DNA of 24,000 nt from Rhodoplanes sp. (GTDB lineage: Bacteria > Pseudomonadota > Alphaproteobacteria > Rhizobiales > Xanthobacteraceae), in NCBI RefSeq assembly GCF_013377085.1, contig NZ_JACAAX010000005.1, forward strand, positions 82,547-106,546, in the 5' to 3' direction. The notes under the pieces are model-generated. The model worked only from the letters and a program-made list of their open reading frames with translations, did no database searches and was not told where the DNA came from. Each line of letters begins with the position of its first letter. Position 1 is the stretch's first letter. The translations under genes were made by a program, and so were the position numbers. Positions 21,341-24,000 of this stretch are shown here, piece by piece.

Positions 21341-24000
21341 TCAGTTCCTGATCGCTTCCTTCTCCGTCTCGGTGAGCCCGATCATTTCGGACTCGCCGAG
21401 GGTCGAATAACCGAGCACACGCACATTGCTGTTCGGATCATAGCTTTGACGGCCATCTGGCCGCCGCGGCTTTTCGGGCTCCCGCGGATCCCCGTGCGGG
21501 CCGTCCCCGCCGCCGTAGCCCAGGATCTCGACGATGATGACCGAGGCTTGGTTGTCCCCGGGCCTGGAGGCGGTGGGGTTGCCTGCTTGTTGCGTTCCTG
21601 CGGTGGCGTTCGAGGCGGTCGCGAGCTTGCCGACATCGGGCGCGACCACGGTGGGTATGCCGCTGATCTTGCCCTGGGCCTGGATGTTGTCCGCATTCGC
21701 GATGTGCACGGCGAGAATGCTGAGGTCGCCCGAGACCCGGATGCCGGCGTCCCCGGCGTCCACGGTACCGCGCGGCGCCAGCAGATAGGCGTCGGACCTC
21801 CTCGCGAAGGACTGGGTCTGCAGCACCGCGATGCCGGCCCCGCTGACCAACCCGCCGAGGTCGACGGTCTCGATGTCGTCGGGATTGAAATTCACCTTGA
21901 GCGGCGGGTAGGAGAGCGTCGTTCGGGCGCCCCGGCCGGCGTCGATGTCGCCGTTCGAGGACCACATCAGGATATCCCCGCCGTACCAGGTCATGACGCG
22001 GCTGGCATTCACCAGAACGCTCTGATCGGTGAATGTGCTTATTCCGCCGCCGGCCAAAGTGAGGATGCCGAGATAATTCGGCTTCAGGTTGGTGTTCGGT
22101 TCGGTAGCCACCGAGCCGACGAGGATCGAGCCGCCCGGCCCGAGGATGGAAATATCGCCGCCCTTCTGGGTCTGGAGGGTGGCGTGCAGCAAGTCGAGAT
22201 CGCCGGTCTTCACCAGCCGATTGGCGCCGTTGGTGCCGCCGTCGAGGGCATTTCGCGTATAGCCCCACTCGGCCGGGAAAAGCGTATCCACCATTTTGTA
22301 GCCGACCTGATACTTCAGGTAATTCTCGCCGTCGACCTGGCCGACGGACTTCAACGTGGCCATGTAGAGATCGACGACGAAGATATCCTGCAGCGCCTTC
22401 GAGAGGGCGTTGAAGACCGGCCAGGAGATCTTGTCCAATGCGAATTGCTGCTTGCCAAGGAACTCGCGCAGCTCGGCCATGTGTGCGGCGGGCGAGCCGC
22501 CCTTGATCTGGCTGACAAACACCTGTTGAACGCTCGGGTCGAGGGTCTCGAACAGGGCCAATTCCAAGCCGGTGGCATTCTTGAGGCCCACGGCGGTGTG
22601 GTCGTCGGACAGGTAAACCGCTTTGCCCGACTTGACCAAGAAGTCCGCGAAGTCGGCCTGATAGGTCTTGAAGCCGGTGCCTTTGGCGGGGTCCAGGTAG
22701 GCGTCGATCACACCCTGATAGTTGATGCCCTTGCCCACCCCGAACATGGCGACGATGCTGGCGCCGGTGTTCGGCAGCAGGTAGTTGCGGATGCCGCTGA
22801 AGCACACGTAGTTGCAGGTATTGGCGGTCGTCACGATGGGTCCGAGAAACGCCGGATTCGGTGGCATGACCGGTTGCAGTGATGAGGTCTGCCAGTTGCC
22901 GACCGGGAAGCGGTAAAAGATCGGTACCGACAGCAGCGTGCTCGGCGACCCCGGCGGAACATAGGTGTTGCCCTGCTGAACGAGCATTCCGTTGTTGCCG
23001 ATCGATTGAATGCCTTCGGGAAACAGCGCCAGCGTCGTCGTGTCGTAGGCCAGCGGCAGAAACGGGCCGAGATCGCGGCCGGCCTCGACCAGCAGGAATC
23101 CCGGTCCGGCGATTTGCAGGCCGCCGTAATTGTACTTGCCGGTGTAGCGGATATCGCGACCGGCGATGACGCTGCTGACGTCGTCGAGATTGACGTTCTG
23201 GGCCACCATGTTGAGATCCAGAATGTCGCCGCCGGCCCGCACCGCAACCGCTCGGTTGCTCGAGAACAGATTGCCGCCTCCGATATTTCCGGTCACGGCG
23301 TAGAGGTGGTTGATCCCGGTGTCGCCGGAATGCGCGAGCAGCGCCTTCGAGGTGCCGGCGTCGTACCCGTTGTTCGGCGCAAAGGGATTGAAGGCGGCAT
23401 CAATCAGGGACGCCCCGGTCGAGACGGGCGTTCCGCTGATGCTGCCGTTGGCGAGGAGATCGAGCCCGCCATTCAGCGAATCGGCAAGCACGACGCTGTC
23501 CGCCACCGTGATCGAGCCGGTGAAGGCAACGGCTTCGAGGCTCGACGGATAGAGCTTGGCCACGGCTGCGGCCGCCGGCGGGGCCGACAGGGTGATGTTG
23601 CCGCCGCCGGACGAAAGGCGGACCGCGCTGTCGGGTCCATAGGTCTCCATGGAATAGGAGTAGCCGCCGAGGGTCGGAGTTTGCTTTCGCAAGGCCGGCG
23701 GGTTGACGATGCCGGACAGTGAGATCGAGCCGCCCGCCGTCAAGGCGATCTGACCGGAATCCAAGGCCAGCACCGTCCCGCTCGTCGTCTTTCCTGTCGG
23801 CACGTCGCTGATCACTGACCCGCGCACCAGGATCTCGGCATGGCCCGAGCCCTCGTAGAAGGTGCCGCTGGCGAGCGCGCGGCCGACGCTGATCGTCATG
23901 TTGCCGCTGTCGTAAAGATGAAGTACCGGCGTATTGAGCTGGCCGTTGACCGTCTGGCTGAGACCGCCGCTGACCCGTCCGGTGGTCGGCAGCGACACCG
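21341..24000 (-). CDS. C-terminal 885 aa of a very large filamentous-haemagglutinin/TpsA-family beta-helical exoprotein (N-terminus beyond the window end)
   Basis: Track ORF 21341..23998 (-), open to the window edge. It carries degenerate G/N/S-rich beta-helix repeats (GGNITLSA, GGSISLSGIVNPP, GGDILDLNMVAQNV, GGDISILGPGGSILVGS, GGDILMWSSNGDIDAGRGARTTL, VDAGDAGIRVSGDLSILA). The tail ...VIIVEILGYGGGDGPHG...YDPNSNVRVLGYSTLGE..LTETEKEAIRN is the kind I associate with the C-terminal domain of haemagglutinin-family proteins in Rhizobiales and Burkholderiales. Confidence 0.8.
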   Translation of the reverse strand, partial: VSLPTTGRVSGGLSQTVNGQLNTPVLHLYDSGNMTISVGRALASGTFYEGSGHAEILVRGSVISDVPTGKTTSGTVLALDSGQIALTAGGSISLSGIVNPPALRKQTPTLGGYSYSMETYGPDSAVRLSSGGGNITLSAPPAAAAVAKLYPSSLEAVAFTGSITVADSVVLADSLNGGLDLLANGSISGTPVSTGASLIDAAFNPFAPNNGYDAGTSKALLAHSGDTGINHLYAVTGNIGGGNLFSSNRAVAVRAGGDILDLNMVAQNVNLDDVSSVIAGRDIRYTGKYNYGGLQIAGPGFLLVEAGRDLGPFLPLAYDTTTLALFPEGIQSIGNNGMLVQQGNTYVPPGSPSTLLSVPIFYRFPVGNWQTSSLQPVMPPNPAFLGPIVTTANTCNYVCFSGIRNYLLPNTGASIVAMFGVGKGINYQGVIDAYLDPAKGTGFKTYQADFADFLVKSGKAVYLSDDHTAVGLKNATGLELALFETLDPSVQQVFVSQIKGGSPAAHMAELREFLGKQQFALDKISWPVFNALSKALQDIFVVDLYMATLKSVGQVDGENYLKYQVGYKMVDTLFPAEWGYTRNALDGGTNGANRLVKTGDLDLLHATLQTQKGGDISILGPGGSILVGSVATEPNTNLKPNYLGILTLAGGGISTFTDQSVLVNASRVMTWYGGDILMWSSNGDIDAGRGARTTLSYPPLKVNFNPDDIETVDLGGLVSGAGIAVLQTQSFARRSDAYLLAPRGTVDAGDAGIRVSGDLSILAVHIANADNIQAQGKISGIPTVVAPDVGKLATASNATAGTQQAGNPTASRPGDNQASVIIVEILGYGGGDGPHGDPREPEKPRRPDGRQSYDPNSNVRVLGYSTLGESEMIGLTETEKEAIRN

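Noticed and set aside
21323-22882. 519-aa plus-strand ORF, plus 21438..22805 (-) and other ORFs overlapping the TpsA gene
   Set aside because: These are antisense or alternative frames of the haemagglutinin-repeat ORF. Only the 21341..23998 (-) frame shows the periodic G/N/S beta-helix repeats.
1-24000. CRISPR arrays, rRNA/tRNA genes, intact prophage or defence-system gene sets
   Set aside because: I saw no regularly spaced direct repeats. I saw no RNA-gene signatures and no nuclease, helicase, methylase, reverse-transcriptase or toxin-antitoxin-like ORFs on either strand.

Overview
High-GC (roughly two-thirds G+C by eye) chromosomal DNA that looks alphaproteobacterial, Rhizobiales-like. That guess rests on an 'attccggg...cccggaat' nested-palindrome intergenic element and on two orphan TctC/Bug solute-binding genes. 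I support 19 protein-coding genes, 2 gene remnants and no RNA genes or CRISPR.

Layout, left to right:
- A LysR regulator (off the left edge) is divergent from a four-gene hydrolase / 2-hydroxyacid dehydrogenase / HpcH aldolase / M20 amidohydrolase cluster.
- A phasin gene and a small secreted collagen-like protein follow.
- Next is a TctC-like binding protein plus an enolase-superfamily (MLE-type) enzyme.
- A compact, canonical pyruvate formate-lyase operon has the order pflB-focA-pflA.
- On the minus strand are a TctC-like + amidohydrolase_2 pair and a phosphinothricin-type GNAT acetyltransferase + MFS pair, the latter divergent from a second LysR gene.
- An orphan single-domain response regulator follows.
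- About 1.7 kb of lower-GC decayed DNA holds an ECF-sigma-like fragment and an IS4/Tn5-like transposase N-terminal fragment.
- The window ends with the last 885 codons of a very large filamentous-haemagglutinin/TpsA-type exoprotein that runs off the right edge.

Most long ORFs in the supplied track are antisense or out-of-frame shadows typical of GC-rich DNA, and I rejected them. I found no convincing novel multi-gene system. The items most worth a second look are:
- the decayed accessory junction next to the TpsA 3' end;
- the collagen-like secreted protein;
- the pfl operon, with its non-enterobacterial order, long FNR-box-free leader and low-complexity focA/pflA junction;
- an anti-Shine-Dalgarno hairpin in front of the first TctC gene.

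All functional calls come from motif recognition in the translations, not from database searches.
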